Positions 24,998 through 38,533 of a stretch of 64,000 nt of DNA are shown here, one piece after another. Both the position numbers and the translations under genes were made by a program. Origin of the DNA: Nemertoderma westbladi (Eukaryota; Animalia; Xenacoelomorpha); assembly GCA_032718475.1 (NCBI GenBank), contig JAUCBJ010005876.1, forward strand, positions 1 through 64,000, given 5' to 3'. The number at the start of each line of letters is the position of its first letter. Within the stretch, counting starts at the first letter, position 1. Under the pieces are notes generated by a model that was not told the origin of the DNA, ran no database searches, and worked only from the letters and a program-made list of their open reading frames with translations.

Positions 24998-25462
24998 GCA
25001 AACCCAAGCAGTTAATGCTGGAATTGTGTGGGAGCCAACGGCATCGGCACATTAGTTTGTGATGGGTTTACATTACAACATTTATCATTATTATTCCTTT
25101 ATTGTTAATGTGTGGTAACTAACTATGTACCAACTTGGCAGGCAATTCCTACCTATTCTATTATTACTTTATTGATGATCACTGAAAATGTGATAGAACT
25201 GTGTCGAATGGGGTTCCTATGCCAACAAACGAACCAACCAGTCATACCGTATATCTCACTAATTCTTCCTTTGAAATAAGATTATCATAACATGTAAATA
25301 ATTAACTTGGATGGTCTGTGTCTATTCATATTACAATAAACATACTCCATTCGATTGCTTGTGTAATTGATTAATGATGAAATAACCAGATAAATTAACT
25401 GACTTGACGTGGTACATCATTGTTGCTGACGTTTGTAGTTTGGAGTTGTAAGTATCACCGCG

Positions 25463-26881
25463 ATGAATCTATGTGCTTTGATTACGTTTCTCCTACTTCT
25501 AAATGGATTGTTGGTCGGTGGTAGAGGTAGAGGTGGTAATCCACACACTCAGACTTTGGAGGGTTACGATATAAAGGCGATTCCAAGGAAGTCAAACAAA
25601 CCAATAGAAGTAACAATGGGGCTCTACCTCAATCAGATCATGGACTTCGATATGAACCTGAGAGTTCTGACGACATTCGTCTGGCAGTATTTAGCATGGA
25701 CTGACGAATTTCTTGGCTGGGAAGACTATCCTGATTTCGAAACCCCGTTTATATATACGGATCCTAATGAAATCTGGTTGCCGGACATAGTGGGTCTAAA
25801 CCAAGTCGATGACGTAAGGGTACGTCCAATGTTTCTGGCTAACAAGGCGAAAGTTTACCGCAACGGTTCCGTCACTTGGTTCTACCCTGTGATACATCAA
25901 ACTTCTTGCAACGTCGCTGCGAAATCGTTTCCATTCGACACTCAAGTTTGTAATATATCATTTACTTCTTGGAATTACGACGCCTCGGTCATTTCTCTCA
26001 ACTATAAGAACACCAGCGATTCTTTGGAATTTTTTATGCCATCGGGAGATTGGAGGATTCGATCGTTTAAAGCTAACAAAGAAGTCGTTTATTACAACTG
26101 TTGTCCCGATGTACCGTACCACAGTATCCACTTCATTATCGTCGTAAGTCGTTACTCAGTCTTAGATCTTTTCAACCTAATTCTCCCTGCAATCCTTCTC
26201 AATCTCATCGCCTACTTCGGTTTCTACCTACCAGCCGAGAGTGGCGAGAAGATGGGTCTTCAGATGACAGTGCTGCTTTCCGTTATGGTGTTTCAGATGA
26301 CGGTAGCTGATTCGGTACCGTCCGACGCCACTCAGATCCCGTACATTTCCTGGTATTACTTCACCGTCATTGCTCTTCTCAGCTTCAGCTGTATGCTCAC
26401 CGTCATTGTTCTGAAGATACAGAACCAGGGTCCCGCCGCTAGACCAATCCCACACTGCCTTCGTATATTGATATTTAGCGTACTGGGTCGTATTTTATGT
26501 ATGAGGATAAAAATGAACGCGCAGGGCAGAATGGTGGATCTAGACGAATCAGAAGAGGGTGAAGGTGAGGAGGAGGAAATTATATTTGCAGACACCGGCC
26601 GAAAGAAAAGCATGGCGTTGTTAGGTGATCTCCAAGGCAACCCAAAAGGTCAACTTATATATCAAGTTTACACAAAACTGAGGGAGATCTTGAATCACTT
26701 TCTGGGAGACGAAGAGGTTGGAGGTGTACAGAAGGAGTGGATTCTAGCGAGTAACGTTGTTGATCGTTTCTTCATGTGGATGTACCTGGTCTCCATGATC
26801 GGGTTGACACTCTTCTTTATGATGATGGCATACTTTGAGGGCGAAGCCACGGCTATTTCAGCTTCCGCATTCGTGGATTAG
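25463..26881 (+). CDS. Nicotinic acetylcholine receptor alpha-type subunit (Cys-loop cation channel; alpha7/9/10-like), single coding exon, 472 aa
   Basis: Signal peptide, IWLPDI, Cys-loop CNVAAKSFPFDTQVC, loop B SWNY, vicinal Cys YYNCCPDVPY, GEK before M2, four TM helices, EW…VVDRFF before M4. Confidence 0.95.
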   Translation: MNLCALITFLLLLNGLLVGGRGRGGNPHTQTLEGYDIKAIPRKSNKPIEVTMGLYLNQIMDFDMNLRVLTTFVWQYLAWTDEFLGWEDYPDFETPFIYTDPNEIWLPDIVGLNQVDDVRVRPMFLANKAKVYRNGSVTWFYPVIHQTSCNVAAKSFPFDTQVCNISFTSWNYDASVISLNYKNTSDSLEFFMPSGDWRIRSFKANKEVVYYNCCPDVPYHSIHFIIVVSRYSVLDLFNLILPAILLNLIAYFGFYLPAESGEKMGLQMTVLLSVMVFQMTVADSVPSDATQIPYISWYYFTVIALLSFSCMLTVIVLKIQNQGPAARPIPHCLRILIFSVLGRILCMRIKMNAQGRMVDLDESEEGEGEEEEIIFADTGRKKSMALLGDLQGNPKGQLIYQVYTKLREILNHFLGDEEVGGVQKEWILASNVVDRFFMWMYLVSMIGLTLFFMMMAYFEGEATAISASAFVD

Positions 26882-29509
26882 TCTATTTGTTTTTTTTCAT
26901 CACATTTTCATTCATATGAAACTTGACTGCAACTGCCCTCTTTAACATCTTCCATTTTGTACTGACAAACTCCGGTAATTGGTTTAGCCATTAATATTCA
27001 ACCAGATAAATAATTGAATTATTTAGTGAACTAAATTTGTTATAATACAAAGATAACATTATATTGAATTATTTAGTGAACTAAATTTGTTATACCCTAA
27101 AATCTTTATCTATTTTCATACTAATTTATGAATATTTTTTATTTATATTAATATTTATGCATTTATAAAATATACATTATATTTCACTATTTCCTATTTG
27201 TAACTCAAGATCTTGTACTATCTTGTGTTTGTCAGGCCAGAATATTTCAAGTTTAAATATATGGGGGATTTTTTAAATATTTAATTATTCCATAATACTC
27301 GTTAAACGTTTTTTTTAGATAGCAAAAATATAAGAAAAAAAGATAGAGAATGGTGTCAAACAAACGTGTCCAACGGGTACCACTATCTAAATCGCTGTGT
27401 CTGTTGTGCTGGATCTGTTGTTCTGTAGTTCCGGGTATATCGCAAACTAAAGCATCATTCATTGATATTTTGGGAATGACGGTTTTCGTATATCTAATAG
27501 AGATAAGTACACTTTCTTATATAGACTCTCGGCTGCGCCCCACAACGTGTAGGTGGGAGACTGGTTTGTGGAACGCTATATAAATGTATACCGGACAAAT
27601 AGAGAATATACAGAGAACGAGAACATCACGTCAATGGGCAAAGGGGTACTTAATAGTGAAACTAAATAATTTATAAAATTAAAATTAAGCCCATTAATTC
27701 ACATTAGTATATGTTGTAAGGGGGTCTGGGTGAGGGTTTACTTAATTATTACAGGCCATCCTAATAACGAACTATTGTTGTGTAAACAGTCTAGTAGGTG
27801 ACAGGTTGTTACTTTTCCATTGCGGATCTTACAGTTGTAGCTATCCTGTGCTCGTCGAATATACTGAAGCATGTGAAAACGTGGCGATTTAAATTGTGGG
27901 ATGACACCCAAGTACGATTTGTAAATGCAATGGAGTTCCAGAATGTTGGATCAATTTCTGTAATTTTGCATCTCCTTCTAGTTGATATTGCGAGAGTTGG
28001 TCAGTTAGTTCTGTTACACTTAGTGTGCGTTCCATACATGGCGTGATTACCTAACATATGTTACGTGTTCGTAGACTTCAGTGTGGTTTGGTGAGGTGGA
28101 ACGTGGAGGGTTACACCAAGGTGATTTTAGGAATAGACAACCTGGTAAAAAAAAGTCCGTTTTAGCTAAACTTATCTGATGCACATTAGCGGCCACCGCG
28201 GCGGAAGTTCATTATAGCAGTTTTTGAACCTCGTAACGGTCACCGTTGTCTGCAGCCCATTTTCCATCAAGACCAGCCTGGATAGCAACTTTAGTTTCGC
28301 CTTAAAAGGTCAAGTCGTTGGCAAAAAGGAGTATAATTATTTCAACGAGTGTCGACTTTTTAATGTAGAACACATCAAGGATTACCAGAATGAAGACATT
28401 GTACATCAACATCCAAATGACGTAGACGCCAACTTTGGTGGAATGCCACTGCTGATAATATATGAGAACACAATGTCAATGAATTTGAGCGACACATGTA
28501 TTCATTGACATACATTATGTTTATGTACATTTTGTTAAGTATGCCGGAGCCGGAACCGGAGCCGCAATCGGAGCCGGAACCTGTCTAGAGAAACAAGTAT
28601 AATGACGGTACTAATGTGGGTGAAGTGCTAAAAGTATTTTAGTTATAAATTAAATAGTATTTATTACCTTAGTTCAAAACCAAAAGGTAGTATAAGTCGT
28701 TAAGAAAGTGTTGTATACAATATGTACTAATAATTGGGATAATCTGAGACAATAACGATAAATTAAATCATATAAATTTGCTAATAATTTTAAAGATTCC
28801 ATCAACAATGTCCAAATGTTATTGCAATTTTAGTACAGCAATAACTTCAGATCTGCAAATATAGGAAGCCAAAAAAAGGCAGTTACAATTTGGCAAAACT
28901 GCTAGGTATGTGTGAGCCTACCTTCAACCGGTGGTTAGTGCTTCACGATCACCGATAACTAAAGTTTACTGAACCATCTTCGTAATAATATAATATATTA
29001 AACCATGTAGGCCTACCCAGTCGCTTTTACTATTCCCCAAAGCTAGAAAAAGAGAAGCTCCTTAGACAAATTGTTGTTTATTATATTTATAATAAAATTA
29101 TATATATAATTTATTATTCAGGAAATTTGCAGATGATTTAGATTTTTTATTCAATCAATTCGACACGACGACTTACACAAATGGAAATGGAAATGGTGCC
29201 TGGAATACTGTATAGAATCAAACCTTTCAAACACAAATATTCTAAAATTTATTACACTATTAACATTATTGGAAAATTTTCATATCTAAAAGTACTCGAT
29301 AAAATCAAATTTAGTTTTCTAAAGAAGGCACTTTCACTATCTAAATTATCAGTATTTACATTCCTTGGTCTATCAAATGGCTGGTTGACCTACACCACGA
29401 ATCTATTATGTTCGCGGTCCCGCATTTCATAACAATACTTGAAGCAACTATAATCAACAAAACAGACCCATTCTAACGAGAGCAATGCAGTTCGTTAGGT
29501 TCTATTTGT

Positions 29510-30724
29510 GGATCTAGGACACTCCCCCCCCCCCCCGGACAGTTCCCCCCCCCCCCCCCCCGCCCAAGTAGGACACTTCCCCCCCGGACACTTCCCCCCC
29601 GGACACTCCCCCCCCCCGGACACTTCCCCCCGGACACTTGCCCCCCCGGACACTCCCCCCAAGTGTTAAAATTAATCTGGGTGCATCAAAGCAATAAACA
29701 CAAGTTAAAGATGGTTACAGGACAAGTTGTATCTTGACAGGTTTTTTCAAAATTATAAAAGAAACATTTTTATAGTCAAATTTTGTTTGTTTTTCTTTTA
29801 ATTCCTTTAATTCTTTTAATTTCTTTTAATTGGGGGCTGCCGCCCCCAAACCCCCGCTTCTTTTGTTGGGGGCTGCCGCCCCTAAACCCCTGCTTCTTTT
29901 GTTGGGGGCTGCCGCCCCCAAACCCCCGCTTCTTTTTTGGGGGCTCTCGCCCCCAAACCCTTGCCCGTGGTGAAAGACTTTAAGAACATTTTGAAATAAT
30001 TAATTCATGTTTGTATCATCAGATAATAAATTGACTAAGCCTAAAGTAGGAACTGCATTGAATGTTAACCAAATTAATATATAAATTACTACAATATTAT
30101 ATAATTCGAAACAAAAATCCTATTAAAAATATCGCAAGTAACCAGGAAATTTAATTAATTTATCAATATGTAATGCTGAACACAGAATACAGGTCAACCC
30201 ATGTCGATTTTACCCTGGAGAGATATAATTTTGATTGCAACAATAATATTCATCCCCATCTGCTACAGTTTGAAGAAGACTATTACAAAATAATACCTTT
30301 AATTAAAACAATTAATTATCATAATTCTATAGTAAAAAAAAACAGTATATCATTCGGGGATGGAATTTATAAGTCATCTAATTAATTGTTTAAAGATTAG
30401 CAAACAATACGATGTAATTGCAAGTTGATAAAACCCATAAATAAAACTTGGATATAAAATGTAAAATCGGGATGCAAAAGATCACTTTCTGAGCTACGAA
30501 AGGAAAATTGGATACAACTTGTCTGGATACAAGCGGTCCGTTTACCTTACAAAATGAAAAATACAAATGTGCGAAGCTAAGAACAGTCGGGGGGGAAGTG
30601 TCCGGGGGGGAAGTGTCTGGGGGGGAAGTGTCCGAGGGGGAAGTGTCCTACTTGAACGGGGGGGAACTGTCCGGGGGAGAAGTGTCCGGGGGGGAAGTGT
30701 CCGGGGGGGAAGTGTCCGCACACC
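29510..30724. mobile_element. Non-autonomous TIR element (MULE-like) with tandem GGACACTTCCCCCC subterminal repeats and 8-bp TSD
   Basis: Ends GGATCTAGGACAC / GTGTCCGCACACC; CTATTTGT duplicated at 29502-29509 and 30725-30732. Confidence 0.85.
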
Positions 30725-32112
30725 CTATTTGTATATCAGACCCATTCTAACCAGAGCAATGCAGTTCGTTTGGTTCTATTTGTATTTCAGACCCATTCTA
30801 ACGAGAGCAATGCAGTTCGTTTGGTTCTATTTGTATTTCAGACCCATTCTAACGAGAGCAATGCGGTTCGTTTGGTTCTATTTGTATTTCAGACCCATTC
30901 TAACGAGAGCAATGCAGTTCGTTTGGTTCTATTTGTATATCAGACCCATTCTAACGAGAGCAATGCGGTTCGTTTGGTTCTATTTGTATATCAGACCCAT
31001 TCTAACGAGAGCAATGCAGTTCATTTGGTTCTATTTGTATATGAGACCCATTCTAACCAGAGCAATGCAGTTCGTTTGGTTCTATTTGTATATCAGACCC
31101 ATTCTAACTAGAGCAATGCGGTTCGTTTGGTTCTATTTGTATATCAGACCCATTCTAACGAGAGCAATGCAGTTCGTTAGGTTCTATTTGCATTTCAGAC
31201 CCATTCTAACGAGAGCAATGCAGTTCGTTTGGTTCTATTTCTATTTCAGACCCATTCTAACGAGAGCAATGCAGTTCGTTTGGTTCTATTTGTATATCAG
31301 ACCCATTCTAACGAGAGCAATGCAGTTCGTTTGGTTCTATTTGTATTTCAGACCCATTCTAACGAGAGCAATGCAGTTCGTTTGGTTCTATTTGTATATC
31401 AGACCCATTCTAACGAGAGCAATGCAGTTCGTTTGGTTCTATTTGTATTTCAGACCCATTCTAACGAGAGCAATGCAGTTCGTTTGGTTCTATTTGTATT
31501 TCAGACCGATTCTAACGAGAGCAATGCAGTTCATTTGGTTATATTTGTATTTCAGACCCATTCTAACGAGAGCAATGCAGTTCGTTTGGTTCTATTTGTA
31601 TTTCAGACCCATTCTAACCAGAGCAATGCCGTTCGTTTGGTTCTATTTGTATTTCAGACCCATTCTAACGAGAGCAATGCAGTTCGTTTGGTTCTATTTG
31701 TATTTCAGACCCATTCTAACGAGAGCAATGCAGTTCGTTTGGTTCTATTTGTATTTCAGACCCATTCTAACCAGAGCAATGCCGTTCGTTTGGTTCTATT
31801 TGTATTTCAGACCCATTCTAACGAGAGCAATGCGGTTCGTTTGGTTCTATTTGTATTTCAGACCCATTCTAACCAGAGCAATGCCGTTCGTTTGGTTCTA
31901 TTTGTATTTCAGACCCATTCTAACCAGAGCAATGCCGTTCGTTTGGTTCTATTTGTATTTCAGACCCATTCTAACCAGAGCAATGCCGTTCGTTTGGTTC
32001 TATTTGTATTTCAGACCCATTCTAACCAGAGCAATGCCGTTCGTTTGGTTCTATTTGTATTTCAGACCCATTCTAACCAGAGCAATGCGGTTCGTTTGGT
32101 TCTATTTGTATT
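30725..32112. repeat. 51-bp tandem satellite, ~27 copies (first unit at 29463-29509 split off by the TIR element)
   Basis: Unit CAGACCCATTCTAACGAGAGCAATGCAGTTCGTTTGGTTCTATTTGTATTT. Confidence 0.98.
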
Positions 32113-32974
32113 TTATGCAATCATCCCGCCTGCGATCGCTACCATTATTCTAAACTGCCCCGATTCGCCAGAGCTCTCAACAGTCAACTCCAAGAAAATC
32201 GATTAGATTTAATACAAATGTATACTTAATTTATATCAACTTGTGCAACGTATTTTAAAAATTGATAGTTTAAAAACAATCGTATTGATCGTTTTAAAAA
32301 ATATAGAATAGGCGAACTTGTTGAACTATAACTTCATAGAAATAAATATATATTGATAAGTCAAATACAATAAAGTAAGTGCTGCGCTCTATATTGGAAT
32401 CCGATTATGAACTACAATAAATAAAATGGAATAATGGATAATCTCTACAAAACTGTCTTGAATACTAAAAACTTGTCACTAAGAATAGTTTTCCACGGTA
32501 TATTATATGTTGCTGGTTTATTGTTTTGGTTAGGGGGGGGGGGGGGAATCAAAGCAGCACCATTGCGTAATGATCTTTAAAACTGATGTATCGATTTTTA
32601 ATGATTTTTAGTTTAGAACTACTGATTTATTATATAACTAAGATACTGACAATTCTATTCAAAACTAAAATTATTGGAAGTAATGATGTATGTATGTATA
32701 AGAAACCGGTGTAGAACTAAATAAAGTCTTTATTTAAGATCTGGTGGCACCCAATCTGTAAAACTTGTAACACCAAGGTGCACTCCACCCTACACTGACT
32801 CGATATTAGTTTTTCAATGCCAATTCTTCGGCTACCGGTACCGGTCGGTACTGATAATGTCGATTTGTTTATGTTTCAGGTCCCCTATTTTGCATGAAGA
32901 TAAACTGTTTGCTCGCAATGATGTTAAACAAGCTCCTCCTCGTTCTGGGCTCTTGTGGTGGTAACTCTTCTCCG

Positions 32975-33092
32975 ATTGGCTCGTGGGAAAGCGATGACAC
33001 GTTACTTATTGAATACTAGCCAATTAGATGCCAGATCTGGCTGTTAATGCCTTGGCAGTGCTCAGCAATGTCGGCGCTTCTCATATTTATAA
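32975..33092 (+). promoter_or_regulatory. Candidate POU3 core promoter
   Basis: ATTGG 32975, CCAAT 33020, TATTTATAA 33084-33092, about 210 bp before the predicted ATG. Confidence 0.45.
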
Positions 33093-33304
33093 GCCCAGTT
33101 GTTTCAAAATATTCACTCGAACTGAACCAACAAATCATCCAATTTTGCAGACATAAGATTTAATATCATATCACAAAATTAGTTTGAATTACATTTGTAC
33201 CTTAATCGACTAATGAAACTTTGAAGAAGCTAAGCGATATCTTCTATACCAAACTAATCAATCACAACGTATTGTATTGTGAAAGTCTCTCTATACCCAA
33301 CGCA

Positions 33305-36300
33305 ATGGTGAGCTTGGTGAGTTTTCAATTATATTATAAACCATAATTTTAGTTTTCGTAATTATTTTTACAAATAATTACGAAATACATTGATAGTATT
33401 TTCGATCTTAAAGAGCTATACGTTTCCTACGAAATCAACAAATAGGATTGTAATAGATAAATTTTCTACATAACCTTCATACATGACACCCAAAATTTTA
33501 TTTTTAACCTTTTTAGATATTTTTTATTCCTGTAGATAAATACACCGGCATTTTCCGATACAGGGCCTGTCCCGTCGGCTCTCCAATACGCCTCGCTTTA
33601 CGCTTCTCCCGCAGTTGACTACCCAGCTACATCGTCGCTCTCGGGTGCCTATGGCAACCAGCAGTCCTACCCCCCTCCAACCTCTACTCAGACCCTCCTA
33701 GGGCAGTCAGCCTACAAGCTAGACTACCTAGGAACCGCGTCCCAACTATCCTCTTACTATCCCGGTAACCAATCGGCGTCCTGGTTGACATCTCCATCTA
33801 CCGGGGACTACTGGCATCATGACATAAAATCCTACGGCGAACTGAAACACTCGGCCAACTCAGAGCCCATAAAGCAGTTGGTTCAGGAACTAAAATCCCC
33901 GAGCATCCCGGATCTCAGTAAGTCCTACTCGACGACTCACGACCTCAAGGCGTTCAACATGCCGCCCCCAGTTCGGGACGAAGTCCCGTACAAACCGTAC
34001 TACTTATCATCTCCCTACTCAATGTGGAACAGCGGTTCCTCTTCGGCGCTTAACTCCAGCACCCACTTTATGCCATATTCCTCCTCCAATCCCAACCATC
34101 TGTCCTCCTACTCTTCATCTGCCTACGGGTGAGTTCATACTTTTATGTGTTAGTGTTACTGAAGTTTATTGTGAGGCGCGGTTCAGAGATACGCTATTGT
34201 CTGCAAGGACAGCGCTGCGAAATGATGTTAAATCTCTCTCTGTGCTGGTCACTCAAGACACAGCGATTTGGTTTTGGGTTACATCGCTATTCTATCGCTG
34301 TCAATGCGACTAAAAACAACAGCGCTATCACCGCAAAATGTTTCTCTGAACCGGGCGTTTCTGTATAGTTTGATTAATATTTTATTTGACCTTTGGCGTA
34401 GTTGGTAAATCACGGTCTTCTAAACAACGGATCTGTTGTTTAGAAGGGTAAACGTTAAACGGTTAAGCCTACAGTTATTAATTCAGTGTAATCTCCACAA
34501 ATATTATTGTATATAATATTTGGAGACAGGGGGGGAAACTGGACGCAAAACCCTCCTTGGCGAATTAATATCCCGCCTCAATGTTAAATTCTCAATTTAG
34601 GGAAAGGAGCAGGTTAAGGTGGCACGGTATTTTAACCAAAACAATAAACTAAACACAATAGAACAGGTTACAGTTTTATTTTTGAGAATAATCAGCTGTT
34701 ATTTGCGTCGAATTTCCCCTGGAGCGGGATGAATTTTTATTGCGTCCAGTAGGGTGAATAATACTGTATACGCCGCAATCCTAAGGAAAATTCTCCCCCG
34801 TAAACTTAGTCATAATATACATGATCTAAGAAACTATAGAAACCTGGAGGCCGGTATACAGGCATACCTATATATGCTATACATCTGTATACAATAAGGG
34901 GGTTGTGTTAGTTCAAAATCTTGAAATCTATCTCAACATTCAAGTTCGGCTCATCATTATGATTATTCAAGGCATGTATTTCACGTTCACCACCATGGGT
35001 AACGAATGGATAACCCTTCTACAATGTGTTCCAAGTTACCTTGGTTCCCATTTTTTCGATCAGTCAAAGTACTGAACTTGATTTATAGCACACGAATGTC
35101 ACTATTTGACCAAGCGGCCGCAAAATTTTAATTATTCTATTCTATTCATTATAATATATATTAAAATCCGGGATGGCCCCTGTGCTTTATTATGTATCTC
35201 CAATTGGAAATATTTTTTGTCATCATGCTCTGTGTGGCGGGAGCAGTGCGCAGATTCTGTTCAAGTTCAAAACTACGCACGATTCACCTGCTCGCTTCGC
35301 TTAGTAACCCCGTGTGTCAAATGATATGTTGATTATAGGGCCCGTTATATAAGTTGCTACAGTAGATTTAAGGATAAACCTTTTAGTAGATACAATCTTT
35401 TAGCCTTTTATAATAAGTAAGGCTGCCTCATTGGTGAAAACTTTTATGGCATAATTGGCCCCTCCGTTAGGAAGTTGTTCAGTTGTCGGTGTTTTTGTTA
35501 AGATGACGGTTATAATAAGCCGTTACTGTATAACGGTGCTATTGTGTGTTGGACATGTGTGCCTATTGTTGGAATGTGGCGTCAGCAGCAGGTGCGAGCG
35601 GGTCACGGACGCGGGGCCATAGCCACTGTCCTACGAGTAGCCGGACCCTAGATAGCCCCAAGCCACTCACTAATCTAATCATATAGCCATTAGAGGATTA
35701 AGTTAAACCCATAGAAACCGTTCGTTAAATCGACTGCAACACGTGTCCGCATCTGAAACAAATTCCTCAGTGTGCAGTAAATATTTACTGTTCGTATGTA
35801 GGGAGTCGGCGTTGGATTTATAGAGCGGCGTCCGGATCGTGTGTTTAATCGTAATTTGATACCAAATCGATGGATAAGTTGTATAGTTAATCGAATAATA
35901 GCGCGTGTCTCTTCTTTTGTGCATTAAGTGGTAGATTTTGATTTACTCCAAATCCACCATAAAAAGAAAGTACAAAAGATCAAAATAGCAGCTTCATCAG
36001 TACCTATTATTTTATTTGCGGAATAATTAAATTAATTCTCTAATTCTTATCGAAATTATTCCAGAATAAAGTTCCCATCATACAGAAGCTCTCTCCTTCT
36101 TTCGCAATGTTTTCTCGATTAGATCATTATTATTATTATTCTTTTTTAATCAAATTAAATAAATCTAAATTGATATAGTAAAAATAATTAGGCATTTAAA
36201 TTGATAACAGTCCAATAAAAATATATCAGTCTATTACCGTCCTCTTCTGAATAACCCGAAAAATTCCAGAATCCTCTGGTGTTTTGTTGCAAAGTTGAAG

Positions 36301-37694
36301 TTGATCCAAACAATTTCAATACAGTTTCTTTTCATAAACAATTCTGAAATGAATAAATAATGAAAAGAATAATTTAAAATATTAGTATTGTACTTTTACT
36401 ATCATATGGTTATTTTTGAAGGGAATTCACTATAAAGCCATTTATAGAGGATTTCAGTAAAAAAAACTGTTTCTTGAAAAATTATGCGAAATTATAAAAC
36501 ATTTTTAAATCAGTTAGTTTGTTGCATTTGTCTAAAATAATCTGTTGAAATACTTTTTAAATTAATTTTTAATTTCTTTGCAGATCCTATTCCACTTACC
36601 CCATGAATTCGGCCTACAATATGAGTACACTGGTTTCCCCAGGTCTGGGATACGGACCACGGGGTGACCCAGACTACCCATCACACCTATCGGACGAGGA
36701 AGCGCCATCTAGCGACGATCTCGAAGCATTCGCGAAACAGTTCAAACAACGACGAATTAAACTGGGGTTCACCCAGGCGGATGTCGGCTTAGCCCTCGGA
36801 ACCCTATACGGAAACGTTTTCTCTCAAACGACCATATGTCGGTTTGAATCTTTGCAACTCAGTTTCAAAAACATGTGCAAACTGAAACCGTTATTGGCGA
36901 AGTGGTTAGAAGAAGCGGAGGTTAATAACACTTCCCCCACCGCAATCGATAAGTTGGCATCGCAAGGAAGGAAACGTAAGAAACGGACCAGCATCGAGAT
37001 GTCTGTAAAAGGGGCTTTGGAGAATCACTTTATGAAGCAAGCTAAACCGTGCGCGCCCGAGATTCAAGCACTCGCAGATAGTCTGCAGCTGGATAAGGAG
37101 GTTGTCCGAGTTTGGTTCTGCAACCGCCGACAAAAAGAGAAACGGATGACACCGTTGTACGGATGCGAAGACGATGGAAGTCTCGATGGAGATGGCGAAG
37201 AGAAAGTGAGTCCTCGAACGCCGGTCTCGGTGAAGGACGAGTTCGTTACATCCGTGTCCAACTACGTATCTACATTCGCGTCCAACGTAAACTCCTCCGG
37301 AGATTTCCCAGTCGGAGATCGCATGTACAGCAACTCCGAGAGCAGCAGTGACGTCATGAAGGGTGATTCCCATAACGCCATGTATGACTCATACCATCAG
37401 AATGGTCTACAGTCCTCGTTGTCTTCTCTTTATTCCGGACGTCCGGACATCGACCCTAAATCTTACGAAATCGATCACCAACCCCTCAGTCACATCTCCA
37501 CGGCTGTTATCACCCCTAACCCTAATCTACTATACCCCGGACTAAATTACCCGATAATTAGCTACCCCTCGCTCCCCAGTAACCAATATATTTCTTCTCC
37601 GACCATGTCTGCGAAACAGCCACAAAACTCCGCCCCTATGAGCAGTGCCAACAGCGATATTAACGCTCTCACATACAATTCCAGTCCAATGTAG
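33305..37694 (+). CDS. Pou3: POU class III homeobox factor (Brn1/2/4, vvl, ceh-6 type); exons 33305-33307, 33536-34128, 36584-37694; 568 aa
   Basis: POU-specific domain [45 protein letters not shown], class III linker [36 protein letters not shown]. Junctions ATG|gtgagc…tgtag|ATA (phase 0) and GG|gtgagt…ttgcag|A (phase 2) keep the frame. The exon 3 call is firm; exon 1 is less so. Confidence 0.93.
34523..34750. mobile_element. MITE in POU3 intron 2 (same family as 1-238)
   Basis: ACTGGACGCAA … TTGCGTCCAGT inverted repeat. Confidence 0.7.
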
Positions 37695-38533
37695 AACACA
37701 CACCAACTGATATCGTTACATCGTTATTTTAAATTGTTGCGACAAGATTGTTGTGAACTTATCACATTTAAATAATTTTTATTCTTTTTTTCTGGCCCTT
37801 TTTAGAAAATCTTAAAACAAATTTTCAAGTTTATGAATTGAATATAGCGAACTCATGTGATGCAGAATTTATGAGTTTGAGAATGTCCTTTAAATAAGGC
37901 AAACTATTCTACTAGTTAATTTGTTGTTGTTATTTGTTTATGTTCTGAAATATTATAGGAAGTGAAGAATATGTTTACAGTGTATTGATGCATTTTCTAT
38001 TTAAATTATCATTTTTGTGTGATATAAAATTAGGTAGATTGTATCGCCATTTAAATTAGGCATATAAGTTAGTGTGGGTTGGTTTAATTAAATTATTGTT
38101 AATAATGTTGGCAGAAGGTAATTTGGTTAATTTATATTATTAATAAATAAAATTAAACGTGATAACATTTATTAACTTTGTAAATTGTTTTGTCATTGGG
38201 GGTAGAAATGACAGTTTACAGGAGACTTTACCGTAATATTTTAGCCTTTGCGTACGATACTACAACATATCTGCTTGTAAAGTTAATAAGTTAACTGCTG
38301 AAAGTAAGTCAAATAAACTCTCCTCGCATTCAGTTACACCAATACCTGAGGTACATACAGTACTAAACAACCATATCCAGGTTATGGGAGATAAACCCGA
38401 AGGGTCCTTTAGTAAATATTTAGCAGTAAATGACACATTACCAACCGTGTCCAGCACTAGAATCTCTTATTATTTACTTCTACGCAATATCTAACCAAAT
38501 ATAGATAAGGTCGCAAGAAGCGGTGATATGATA

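Noticed and set aside
27780-28510. Short ORF-like stretches downstream of the nAChR
   Set aside because: No recognisable domain or consistent splice structure.
30567-32206. 528-aa and 325-aa repetitive ORFs
   Set aside because: They are products of a 51-bp (17-codon) satellite that lacks stops in two frames, and the longer ORF begins inside a TE.
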